The notes beneath the pieces are model-generated. The model worked only from the letters and a program-made list of their open reading frames with translations, had not been told where the DNA came from and did not search any database. DNA of 32,000 nt from Psychrobacter cryohalolentis K5 (lineage in GTDB: Bacteria > Pseudomonadota > Gammaproteobacteria > Pseudomonadales > Moraxellaceae): assembly GCF_000013905.1 (NCBI RefSeq), contig NC_007969.1, positions 2,790,001 to 2,822,000 of the forward strand. The letters run 5' to 3'. Below are positions 17,642-26,893 of this stretch, one piece after another. The number at the start of each line of letters is the position of its first letter. Position 1 is the stretch's first letter. The translations under genes were made by a program, and so were the position numbers.

Positions 17642-18544
17642 TTAAGACTTCGGCACTCGCAAACGCATCAAGCCTTCTTGCTGTACGGTCGCCACCAGCT
17701 TACCATCTTGCCAAAACTGACCATGATTGAGCCCCATCGCATTGGATGTCGTATCACTCCACATGTCATATAGCAGCCAATCATTTAGGTCAAAGTGACG
17801 ATGAAAATGCATCGAATGGTCGATACTAGCAGCTTGCAAGCCGCTGGTCATAAAGCTGATACCATGTGACATCAGCCCCGTGCCGACCAAATAAAAATCA
17901 GAGGAAAACGCCAATAATGCTTGCTGGATAGCAATCGGCTGATTACCCAATTCACGGATACGTAGCCAGTTCGCTTGTTTGGGCTTCATTGGTTCCGGAT
18001 GGATCGGGTCACGCGGTTTCACCGGTTTAATCTCGATATGACGACGGCGCATAAAACGAGATTTTAATGCCTCTGGAACTTTACCAACATAGTCTTCTTT
18101 TAGATCCTGCTCCGCAAGTAAGTCTTCAGGCGGTGGATAAACAGGCATATCTTCTTGATACTCTAAGCCCTCTTCCATCGGTGAAAAAGAGGCAATCATT
18201 GAAAATATCACTTGCTCAACCGGCGGCTTACCACGTACTTGCTTATACTGAATTGCCGTTACTTCGCGCGCGGACAAACTACGCCCATCACGTAAGCGGC
18301 GCACTTGATAAATCACCGGCTGGTTAATATCACCGCCGCGCAAAAAATACCCATGCAATGAGTGACAAGGCTTGTCTTCATCAAGCGTATGCGCTGCTGC
18401 CATGATCGCTTGTGCGAGAACTTGCCCACCAAAGATACGGGCACCGACATAGTCATGGCTTTTACCTTCAAATACATCAGGGCTGACTTCGATGAGCGCG
18501 ACGGTAGCCAATAGCTCATCTATTAGTTGTGAATAATCAGACAT
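17642..18544 (-). CDS. tesB: Acyl-CoA thioesterase II
   Basis: Collinear with E. coli TesB as I remember it (FGGQV.AQA..AA, HS.H.YFLR.GD...P..Y.V...RDG.S...R.V.A.Q, DHSMHFHR). The start is placed at ATG 18544, which has AAGGAA upstream. The 19-codon ORF extension is rejected. Confidence 0.85.
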   Translation of the reverse strand: MSDYSQLIDELLATVALIEVSPDVFEGKSHDYVGARIFGGQVLAQAIMAAAHTLDEDKPCHSLHGYFLRGGDINQPVIYQVRRLRDGRSLSAREVTAIQYKQVRGKPPVEQVIFSMIASFSPMEEGLEYQEDMPVYPPPEDLLAEQDLKEDYVGKVPEALKSRFMRRRHIEIKPVKPRDPIHPEPMKPKQANWLRIRELGNQPIAIQQALLAFSSDFYLVGTGLMSHGISFMTSGLQAASIDHSMHFHRHFDLNDWLLYDMWSDTTSNAMGLNHGQFWQDGKLVATVQQEGLMRLRVPKS

Positions 18545-18741
18545 GACGATTACTTTCCTTATTTTTATCAATAACGCCAAGCATCTAGATATAAGCGCCA
18601 AAGAATATCAAGACGATATGGCTTGAGCCGATATGGCGTTTTAATTTAAATAATATGAAATCAATAGCAGTAATATACAAGATAAATCTGTAGATGAGCA
18701 ATAAATGGATTATCGAAAACTCATGATAAAAAGTCATAAAT

Positions 18742-18774
18742 AAAAACGAGATGCTTAAATACACCTCGTTTTTA
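18742..18774 (-). terminator. Rho-independent terminator after rapA
   Basis: aaaacgag (18743-18750) pairs with ctcgtttt (18766-18773). A/T runs on both sides overlap the stem. It lies 15 nt beyond the rapA stop at 18789. Confidence 0.55.
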
Positions 18775-18788
18775 CTATTGTATTAAAT

Positions 18789-21677
18789 TTATGGTTTTAC
18801 TGCCACCAATACACGGATAGAATCTGGCACCAATGACAAGCCCGCCAATGCTTGCTCGCCTTGCAATTTTAGCTGCTCTAAACGCTCAATCTCTGCTGGA
18901 CGCACGTTTGGATTGATGGTTTGTAGATGCTTAAGACGTTTGATCTCACGCGACCACTGCTGGCTAAAGCGGGCACTTGCTTGTTCACCAATCTCAGTCA
19001 ACTGCTGACGAGCAATATCTTCCGCTTCATAGTAACGCTGCTCGATGACATCGCCGCGTACTTTAATCACTTGGCGGGCACGGTTTTTATCCAGACGCTC
19101 AATGTGCGGCATGATCATATCGGCACTGATACGCGCTGACAAATCGCTGCCCTGCTCACTGATAAAGACGCGGATATTTTGCGTGCTCAAGGTAGCAGGC
19201 AAGTTAAGCAGTTTTGGCGCAATGGCTTCTACACGGAAATTCACTTCCAACATTACCATGCCCTGTGGTACCGCAGCGCTTTTTAGCATTGCAACCGTGG
19301 TATTACCAAAGGTGCTGGTACTTGCTAGCTCATAAATCGCCTGCATCAATGGATGTTCATGAGTAATAAAAGCAATATCCTCACGTTGCAGCGCTTGCTC
19401 ACGCTCAAAAGTCAACGTCATACCATCTTCATCACCGAGTGGCAAACCATCGATATAATCACTAATCTCAGTGCTGTCAATCGGTGAAATCACCCACGAG
19501 CCATCGCGTTGGATATTGTGCTCGATATTGGCTGAGGCAAAAAAGCGCTCGATAAACTGCGGTAATAGATTGTGCCCATCAAAATCGCGCATGGCATCAG
19601 CGATACGTCCAGCAACGCGCGGACGGCATGAGTTGTATTCTAATAGACGATCACGACCAGCTTGCAATTGTGTTTCAAGTCCCTGTCGTGTCTGTGCTGC
19701 TTCTGCGATAATATCTGCTAATATTGCACGATTGACGTCGTTATCGGCACCCTCAAGCATCGGTTTTAGCTCTTGGATATACTGCTCTTGTACGCTCTGC
19801 GCTGTTGGTGAAATCTGATTAAACATATTTAGCGCATTGTTATACCACTGATATAGACGCTCTTGCGCGGTACCTTGGACATAAGGTACATGTAGCATAA
19901 TTTGCTGCGTCTGCCCGATACGATCTAGGCGACCGATACGCTGCTCCAAGGTATCTGGATTGGCGGGCAAATCCCATAATATCAGCTGGCTTGCAAACTG
20001 AAAATTACGACCTTCCGACCCAATCTCTGAGCATAATAATATCTGCGCGCCTTCACCATCAGCAAAGAACGCCGCGGCTTGGTCACGCTCAAGCAAGGTC
20101 ATCTGCTCGGTAAAGATAGCAGTCTTAATACCCGCATGTAGACGCAATACCGCTTCCAAGCTCTCAACGGTCGCACCACTACGGGCAATTAACAGTACTT
20201 TTTTGTGCTTAAGCTCACCCTTTAAGATATCAATCAGCCAAGGCACACGTGGGTCGTCTTCCAACCAGCCACCATCAGGTTGATTTTCTTCGCCCCATAG
20301 CTGTTCACGCAATTTACCATTGGTTTGATAGCTGTCGACCCATGCTTCAGGTAATGGCAGTGGATAAGGCTGGCTACTACGACCATAAAAACCTTTTACA
20401 CTCTCACGAGTATTACGGAATAAAATACGTCCCGTACCATGGCGATCTAGCAATTCGTTTAGGGCATAAGTACGGAGTTTTTCGTCTTCGTTAATCGTTG
20501 CTAATTCATCGATACTAATCGTCAGTAAACTGCTCAGTGCGGCAATTTGACCATCACTTAAAGGTTTATCTTCTATTAATAGGCTGGCGACGGCTGCCGT
20601 TTCTGCAAAAGCATCTTGACCATCGATAAACTCATCTAAGTCATCAAAGCGATCTGGGTCTAATAGACGCAAACGGGCAAAGTGACTTTGCGCCCCAAGC
20701 TGCTCAGGTGTCGCCGTCAATAGCATGACTCCTGCCGTCTCTTCAGCAAAATCTGCAATGAGGTCGTACTTATCATTGCCGCCTTGAGCTTCATCCCAAT
20801 GCAGGTGATGCGCTTCATCGACGACCAATAAATCAAACCCTGCTTCCATCGCCTGATCATACAAGTCAGGATGATCAAGAAGTAAGTCCATACCAGCGAT
20901 GACACATTGCTCAGTCATAAAGACATTTTGCTCAGGGTCATGCTCTTTAATCGCTGCGGTACGCACCAAATCAAACAGCGCAAAGTTGAGATTAAAGCGG
21001 CGGCGCAGCTCAATCATCCACTGGTATTGCAGACTGTCTGGTACAAGAATCAATACACGCTCAGCTTTACCAGTCAGTAGCTGCTGATGAATAATCAAAC
21101 CTGCCTCAATAGTTTTACCCAAACCAACTTCATCAGCCAGCAACACACGCGGTGCGATACGTTTGCCAACTTCATGAGCGATATAGAGCTGATGCTCAAT
21201 GATATCGACGCGCGCGCCCATCAAGCCTTTAAGCGGGTGACCTGCAAGCGCTGATTGCATACGCAAAATATCTTGACGCAAATCGTACCAATCACTGCGC
21301 TCAATACGACCTGCTAGCAAACGCTCAAGTGGTTTCGCCAAAGTAATATTAGCAGCCAAACGGGTTTCCATAATGGCTTTTTCATGCTCATTTACACTGT
21401 ACTTGAGCACGCCCATCACTTCTTCAACAGCATTTACTGTATAGCTCTTACCTGCCTGATCAGAGATACTATCGCCGACTTTAAACACCACACGAGATAA
21501 CGGCGCAGAGTTTTTTGCATAAACGCGCGTCTCTTCACTTTGCGGAAATAAAATGTGCACACATCGGTCGTCTACATCGATGACCACACCTAAGCCCAGC
21601 TCGGACTCCGTATCAGATAAATAGCGTTGACCAACGGCGAATTCGGTGCTGTGCAATGAAGCGATAGAGATAGTCAT
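18789..21677 (-). CDS. rapA: RNA polymerase-associated SWI2/SNF2 ATPase RapA (HepA)
   Basis: Collinear with E. coli RapA from GQRY.SDTESELGLG through LLADEVGLGKTIEAG, DLLVVDEAHHL, LLLTATPEQLG and GSEGRNFQFA...DLP.NPD.LEQRIGRLDRIGQ. The start is set at ATG 21677 (962 aa). The 66 upstream in-frame codons have no RapA counterpart. Confidence 0.9.
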   Translation of the reverse strand: MTISIASLHSTEFAVGQRYLSDTESELGLGVVIDVDDRCVHILFPQSEETRVYAKNSAPLSRVVFKVGDSISDQAGKSYTVNAVEEVMGVLKYSVNEHEKAIMETRLAANITLAKPLERLLAGRIERSDWYDLRQDILRMQSALAGHPLKGLMGARVDIIEHQLYIAHEVGKRIAPRVLLADEVGLGKTIEAGLIIHQQLLTGKAERVLILVPDSLQYQWMIELRRRFNLNFALFDLVRTAAIKEHDPEQNVFMTEQCVIAGMDLLLDHPDLYDQAMEAGFDLLVVDEAHHLHWDEAQGGNDKYDLIADFAEETAGVMLLTATPEQLGAQSHFARLRLLDPDRFDDLDEFIDGQDAFAETAAVASLLIEDKPLSDGQIAALSSLLTISIDELATINEDEKLRTYALNELLDRHGTGRILFRNTRESVKGFYGRSSQPYPLPLPEAWVDSYQTNGKLREQLWGEENQPDGGWLEDDPRVPWLIDILKGELKHKKVLLIARSGATVESLEAVLRLHAGIKTAIFTEQMTLLERDQAAAFFADGEGAQILLCSEIGSEGRNFQFASQLILWDLPANPDTLEQRIGRLDRIGQTQQIMLHVPYVQGTAQERLYQWYNNALNMFNQISPTAQSVQEQYIQELKPMLEGADNDVNRAILADIIAEAAQTRQGLETQLQAGRDRLLEYNSCRPRVAGRIADAMRDFDGHNLLPQFIERFFASANIEHNIQRDGSWVISPIDSTEISDYIDGLPLGDEDGMTLTFEREQALQREDIAFITHEHPLMQAIYELASTSTFGNTTVAMLKSAAVPQGMVMLEVNFRVEAIAPKLLNLPATLSTQNIRVFISEQGSDLSARISADMIMPHIERLDKNRARQVIKVRGDVIEQRYYEAEDIARQQLTEIGEQASARFSQQWSREIKRLKHLQTINPNVRPAEIERLEQLKLQGEQALAGLSLVPDSIRVLVAVKP

Positions 21678-22385
21678 AGGGCGATGTCTTTTTGTACTCA
21701 GATGATAAGAAAATAGGTAGTTTACGATGCAAGCCATGCTTGCTGGATCAGTCACATGGACGAACTGATAATTATTGGATATACGTTTATTCAATATACG
21801 GTCATTCAGTATATTGTCACGAGATATATCAGGCACATCAGCTTGTAAGCCAAATCCGTCGGTAAAACAGATCATTATATAACGTTAGCGCTTAGATGAG
21901 TGCGTTAAGTTCACTTTTCAAGAGCAGATTTCTGCAAGATAAAGTCAAGGCTAAGCATAAGTTGGGCTTATAAACCAATAAGATAACGACTCGCAAGTAA
22001 ACAAAAAATATTGTTATCGTAAAATTGTTGCTGTATTGTTAAAAAATGCAATAGAACATCTCTCTTAATACCAAGGCTATTCAATTTAACTAAGTCATTA
22101 GACTTTTAGCTAACTACTACTTATATAAAAAATAGCATAGACCTCATAACCGTTATCGATGCTTTATCAGCGATTATGAGTATGCTATTGCCTGTAATAG
22201 TCCATTAAGTTATAAGTTGACTTTATTATCATAATTTTAAGTTATGTTAATACTGTTTTTAGTTGATGTTTCTGACTAATGTTTACAAGCCATTTTGATG
22301 AAACTTAACCATATATTTAGTTGTAGCCAATCCATCCCATTGGCAATTCTTTTTGTGCTCCCTACTCCCAAGGACAAATCCCGTC

Positions 22386-24698
22386 ATGAGTGCCTCTAAA
22401 AAAGTTGGCTTTTTTAATCAAGTCAGTACCCAAGTTACCACTATTTTGTTCATTGCTTTTGCGGTCGTACTTGCGGTCGTTGTCTATGTCGTTGATAAAG
22501 AAGGCCATGATAAAATCCGTCTTGAGTCAGCAAAGCTGGTCGCTGAACGTGGTAATACCGCGGTTAATAGTATCTCAGCCGACATCAATCGTGTCATGCG
22601 TAGTGCCTTGCTGTTACAGCAAAGCGCGCAAACGCTGCCACCGCAAGAGAATATTTTGCAAGTCAGTACCGCCAATGCATTCGATAAACGCGACTATAAC
22701 TTATTGGGTAGTGGCGGCATTTGGCCAGAAAAAGGCGCTCTTGGTGCCAATACTGCAACCCATCCGTTTTTGATGGTACGCCAAAACGGTGATTATCAAG
22801 CGGTACTAAGCGATCCAAACCCAACCAATCCTTATTATCAAGAAGATTGGTTTAGCGTCTTAAAACTACTCAAACCTGACAGCTGTATCTGGAACCATGT
22901 TCGCGCCAGCCAAACCAAAGGCGAGCTTGCCATGAGCTGCGGTGTCGCAATTGAGCGTGACAATCAGTTTTGGGGTGCCAGTACGGTTAACTTTACCCTA
23001 AACCAGTTGCAAGAGAACATCGTCAAGTTGAGTGAGAGCTCTGGTTCAGGCTACATTTTATTATTAGATAACAGTGATAAGGTAATCGCCTCATCTAACC
23101 CTGAACGCTTAAGCTATATTGATGAAGCAACCGGTACACCACTTGATATCAAACAAGTTATCAACTCTGACCCTGCTTGGAATCCGGTATTAAACTTCTT
23201 GGAAACTCAGCGTAACGAGATTATCGAGCAAGTTGCAGCTAGCGTGTCACCGCAAGTTCAGCAAGTATTGAATACAATTGATAAAGCAGAAACAGGTGAT
23301 TCCAAAGGTTATTATTTGGTCAACTATGCTGCTTACCTAAATAACGGTGAAAACAAGCAAAATGCTATGGATAGTCGCTTGCTACAAAGCTTTGAGCTGA
23401 CCAATGATAACTTTTATAACGGCAGTCAAGCCTATGTCTTTGAGATTCCTGAAACCTATTGGAAACTTATCGTTGTCCAACCTGATGCTGAGATTAACGC
23501 CATTGCCGACAATTTAAGTGAAAACTTGATTAACTGGATTGCGTTAGCGCTCCTTATCACCGCTGGTATTATCTACTTTATGCTAACTTTCTTAGCATTC
23601 AAGCCATTGAAAGAAACCACTGATAAAATTTCTCTCGCAGAAAACATCATTAATAACAAGCAGTACAACAAGCTAAGCTCAGTTAAATTTAAGACAGGTC
23701 GCAACGAGATTGGACTGGTAAACGGCTCTATTAACGACCTATTAGATCGTATCCAATCTAACGAAGGTAAGCTTGCCAATATCAATCAGCAGCTAGAAAT
23801 TAAAGTAGAAGAACGTACTGCTGAGCTGCAAGATACGCTAAAAGAGCTGAAAAACTCACAGCTGCAATTGATTCGTTCAGAAAAAATGGCGACGTTAGGT
23901 CAAATGGTTGCTGGTGTTGCTCATGAAGTAAATACGCCATTATCTTATGTGCAAAATAACCTTGAAATTATCGGACAGCTAACTGAGCAATACGAAGAGC
24001 TGATTGAACTGGTACAAGGGTTAAAAGCCGTTAAAACTGATGCCGCTGCTGATGGCAAAATTGACAAGCTATTGGCAGATATCGTCCGTGCGTCTGATGA
24101 AATCCAAGAAGATGATTTGTCCGCTGAGCTAAAAGAGCTGATTAAAGACTCGCTATTTGGCGTCGAGCAAATCACCGAGATGGTGCTTAATCTTCGTAAC
24201 TTTGCCCGTCTTGATGAGTCAAAAGTGAAGACCATTGATGTGCGCGAATGTATCGAAGCCTCGCTGAAAATCGCGGGTAACTCTATCAGACATCAAGAGA
24301 TTGTCACTGATTTTGCGCCGACACCTGAAATTAAATGCTCACCGTCACAGATTAACCAAGTCTTGGTGAACTTGCTTAATAACGCCGCGCAAGCCATGGG
24401 CGAAAAATCTGATGGCAAAATCGAAGTGCGCACCCGTGCCGATGACAGCAATGTTTATGTTGATGTCATTGATAACGGTAAAGGCATGAGCTCAGAAGTG
24501 CTCAGTCAGATATTTGAGCCGTTCTTTACCACTAAAGGCGCAGGCGAAGGTACTGGTCTTGGTATGGCAATCAGTCAGCAGATTATGGAGCAGCATAATG
24601 GCGACATTAAAGCCGTATCGACTGTAGGCGTTGGCACAACCTTTACCTTAACGCTACCCATTAATAATGATCTGACAGAAAAAAGCCTAGCGGCATAA
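22386..24698 (+). CDS. Sensor histidine kinase: TM, large periplasmic Cache-like domain, TM, HAMP, coiled coil, HisKA, HATPase_c
   Basis: TM1 (ILFIAFAVVLAVVVYVV) is followed by about 340 aa of extracytoplasmic region and TM2 (WIALALLITAGIIYFMLTFLAF). A HAMP-like segment follows (KPL...GRNEIGLVNGSINDLL). The H-box is GVAHEVNTPL, the N-box LLNNAAQAM, G1 DNGKGM, F-box FEPFFTTK and G2 GTGLGMAIS. The start is placed at ATG 22386. Confidence 0.85.
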   Translation: MSASKKVGFFNQVSTQVTTILFIAFAVVLAVVVYVVDKEGHDKIRLESAKLVAERGNTAVNSISADINRVMRSALLLQQSAQTLPPQENILQVSTANAFDKRDYNLLGSGGIWPEKGALGANTATHPFLMVRQNGDYQAVLSDPNPTNPYYQEDWFSVLKLLKPDSCIWNHVRASQTKGELAMSCGVAIERDNQFWGASTVNFTLNQLQENIVKLSESSGSGYILLLDNSDKVIASSNPERLSYIDEATGTPLDIKQVINSDPAWNPVLNFLETQRNEIIEQVAASVSPQVQQVLNTIDKAETGDSKGYYLVNYAAYLNNGENKQNAMDSRLLQSFELTNDNFYNGSQAYVFEIPETYWKLIVVQPDAEINAIADNLSENLINWIALALLITAGIIYFMLTFLAFKPLKETTDKISLAENIINNKQYNKLSSVKFKTGRNEIGLVNGSINDLLDRIQSNEGKLANINQQLEIKVEERTAELQDTLKELKNSQLQLIRSEKMATLGQMVAGVAHEVNTPLSYVQNNLEIIGQLTEQYEELIELVQGLKAVKTDAAADGKIDKLLADIVRASDEIQEDDLSAELKELIKDSLFGVEQITEMVLNLRNFARLDESKVKTIDVRECIEASLKIAGNSIRHQEIVTDFAPTPEIKCSPSQINQVLVNLLNNAAQAMGEKSDGKIEVRTRADDSNVYVDVIDNGKGMSSEVLSQIFEPFFTTKGAGEGTGLGMAISQQIMEQHNGDIKAVSTVGVGTTFTLTLPINNDLTEKSLAA

Positions 24699-24782
24699 TC
24701 GCTAGGTTCTGTTGTTATTTTAATTGCTATTTTAATGATTATATAAAACTATATCACTGTTATTCATCATAAGGATATCATC

Positions 24783-25751
24783 ATGAATGAATTAGAAAAT
24801 GACACCAGTAATAACATCAGTACCGCTGAGTTAGGGGTTGAAGCGAAACCGAAGCTGGCTTTTATTGACGATGAACAACGTATTTTACGTTCGATGAAAC
24901 TGTTGTTTCGTAAAACGCATGACGTTTTTATTACCACTGACCCGACTGAATACATCGACTATATCAAAAACAACCATGTACACGTTGCAGTCAGTGACCA
25001 ACGTATGCCTGAGCGGGTTGGCGTTGATATCTTGCGCGAAGTAAAAGACGTATCACCTTCTACCATGCGTATATTATTAACCGGCTATGCTGATTTAAAC
25101 GCGATTATTGGCTCTATTAATGATGGTGAAATTTACCGTTATTTAACCAAGCCATGTAAATCTGAAGAACTGCTCGCTGTCGTCGGACGCGCCACTGAAA
25201 TCGCTTTGACTTATAACCCAGACGAAAACGCTGAGCAATTTGACAGCTCAGGCAACAAGCAAACGCTATTGGTCATTGATGAGACCAATGAGTTGATCGA
25301 GCAAATACGTAAGCAATTCTCTAATAACTATAAAGTGCTGCACGCCCAAGGTTTAGAGGAAGCTTACGATTATTTAGCGAACGAAGATATCGGTGTTTGT
25401 ATTACCGACATCAATGTCAGTGGCGAAAATATCGCGCCGATTATCTTTACCCTAAAGCAAGATGCGCCGCATCTGGTGGTCTTGGTACAGACCGAATTTC
25501 AAGATGCTGGCTTGCTGATTGATTTGATTAATAAAGGTCAGGTTTATCGCTGCTTACCAAAACCAATGCGCGCAAGCCTCCTTGAAATTAGTGTCAATCG
25601 TGCATTCCAGCACCATGCAAAACTAAAAGCCAGCCCTGAATTGGTCAAACGTTATGAAGTCGAGCACGATCCTGAAAACGATGTGCGCATTGACTTGAGC
25701 AGTCGTGTACGTAGTCTGATCGGTAAATTGCGTAAGCGTTTTTCTTTATAA
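24783..25751 (+). CDS. Response regulator made of two receiver (REC) domains with no recognisable output domain
   Basis: REC1 shows FIDDE, VSDQRMP, ILLTGY and YLTKP. REC2 shows VIDET, ITDINV, VLVQTE and CLPKP. Both therefore keep the acidic pocket, the phospho-Asp position, the Thr and the Lys. AAGGA SD is present. It lies 84 bp downstream of the kinase and is followed by a terminator. Confidence 0.8.
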   Translation: MNELENDTSNNISTAELGVEAKPKLAFIDDEQRILRSMKLLFRKTHDVFITTDPTEYIDYIKNNHVHVAVSDQRMPERVGVDILREVKDVSPSTMRILLTGYADLNAIIGSINDGEIYRYLTKPCKSEELLAVVGRATEIALTYNPDENAEQFDSSGNKQTLLVIDETNELIEQIRKQFSNNYKVLHAQGLEEAYDYLANEDIGVCITDINVSGENIAPIIFTLKQDAPHLVVLVQTEFQDAGLLIDLINKGQVYRCLPKPMRASLLEISVNRAFQHHAKLKASPELVKRYEVEHDPENDVRIDLSSRVRSLIGKLRKRFSL

Positions 25752-25797
25752 GCGCAAAAAAATAAGTAAGCGCAAGAAACGAGTGTCTCAATAAATA

Positions 25798-25830
25798 AAA
25801 CCTCTATTTCAGCTTGAAGTAGAGGTTTTT
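25798..25830 (+). terminator. Rho-independent terminator of the kinase/regulator operon
   Basis: aaacctctattt-cagctt-gaagtagaggttt with a 9-bp perfect core (aaacctcta / tagaggttt), followed by ttttt. Confidence 0.8.
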
Positions 25831-25935
25831 GCTTTGCGCTTTTTGACATGTTTTTTGACTAAATGCAGCAACGTGCTACATTAAGCCGATAATAAACAAA
25901 ACCTATTTACGATAACAACGAGATAAGGAATCATC

Positions 25936-26874
25936 ATGCAAGCGGTTTTTTTAGATAAAGGCACTTTTTCTGATAACGTCGATTTGCCAGCACCCGCTGG
26001 CGTTACTGATTACATTACTTACGATGATACGCCTCAAGCACTGATCATTGAGCGCTGCAAAGACGCCGATATTATTTTTACTAATAAAGTGCAAATCAAT
26101 GCCGAAGCGATTGCTAATTTGCCAAAGCTAAAACTTATTCAACTGACCGCTACGGGTATGAATAACGTTGACCAAGATGCTTGTGCTGAGCATAATATCG
26201 CGCTCTATAACGTCGCCGGTTACGCGGTGAAAAGCGTGCCTGAGCATACCTTTATGCTGATGCTAAATGCCATGCGTGCCGGTCTGCATTATCATAATAA
26301 AGTCACCGATGGCACGTGGGCAGATAATGGTAATTTTTGCCTACTTGATATCCCGCTTATAGATTTGGAAAATAAAACGCTGGGTATTATTGGCATTGGT
26401 ACCATTGGCAAACGTGTCACTGATATTGCGCGTGCTTTTGGCATGACGGTATTGTGGGCGGAGCACCAAGGGCGTATGCCGCGTAATGATGACTATACAG
26501 CGTTTGAAGACGTACTGGCGCAGTCCGATGTACTGAGCTTGCATTGCCCGTTAAATGAGAAAACTCAGCACCTTATTAATGCAGACACCTTGGCCAAAAT
26601 GACTAAAAAACCTCTACTTGTCAACGTCGCTCGTGGTGGTATTGTGGATAGCCAAGCGCTTGCTGATGCCATTAACAATGAGCAGATTTTAGGGTATGGC
26701 AGCGACGTTTTTGAGCAAGAACCCATAGCTGCCAATGATCCTTTACTGGCTCTTGGTGAGCATCCACGCGTGATATTTAGTCCGCACAATGCGTGGGGCA
26801 GCAAAAGCGCGCAAGAAACCTTATGGCAAATGCTTAGTAAACAAGTCAGTGATTTTATCAATCAAGCTCAGTAA
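25936..26874 (+). CDS. D-isomer-specific 2-hydroxyacid dehydrogenase (glycerate dehydrogenase / HprA-like)
   Basis: NAD-binding GIIGIGTIGKRV, the catalytic-region motifs LVNVARGG.VD and the C-terminal SPH..W. AAGGA SD is present. Confidence 0.8.
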   Translation: MQAVFLDKGTFSDNVDLPAPAGVTDYITYDDTPQALIIERCKDADIIFTNKVQINAEAIANLPKLKLIQLTATGMNNVDQDACAEHNIALYNVAGYAVKSVPEHTFMLMLNAMRAGLHYHNKVTDGTWADNGNFCLLDIPLIDLENKTLGIIGIGTIGKRVTDIARAFGMTVLWAEHQGRMPRNDDYTAFEDVLAQSDVLSLHCPLNEKTQHLINADTLAKMTKKPLLVNVARGGIVDSQALADAINNEQILGYGSDVFEQEPIAANDPLLALGEHPRVIFSPHNAWGSKSAQETLWQMLSKQVSDFINQAQ

Positions 26875-26893
26875 TATTAATAATTAGCAAATT

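Noticed and set aside
21678-21875. 66-codon in-frame N-terminal extension of rapA (ORF track start at 21875)
   Set aside because: E. coli RapA begins a few residues before the GQRW/Y.SDTESELGLG motif. The extension (MICFTDGFGLQADVPDISRDNILNDRILNK...) has no counterpart and looks like translated AT-rich promoter DNA. I used ATG 21677, although its SD is poor, so the start is not certain.
22298-22399. 33-codon ORF (MKLNHIFSCSQSIPLAILFVLPTPKDKSRHECL) ending just inside the kinase gene, considered as a possible leader peptide
   Set aside because: It has no SD and no recognisable regulatory codon pattern. Such an ORF is expected by chance in an AT-rich region. I kept it only as a note, and ribosome profiling would be needed to revive it.
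26875-26893. Search for a terminator between the convergent dehydrogenase and monooxygenase genes
   Set aside because: Only 19 bp of AT-rich sequence separate the two stops and no hairpin is present. There is nothing to annotate. Convergent transcripts may simply overlap.
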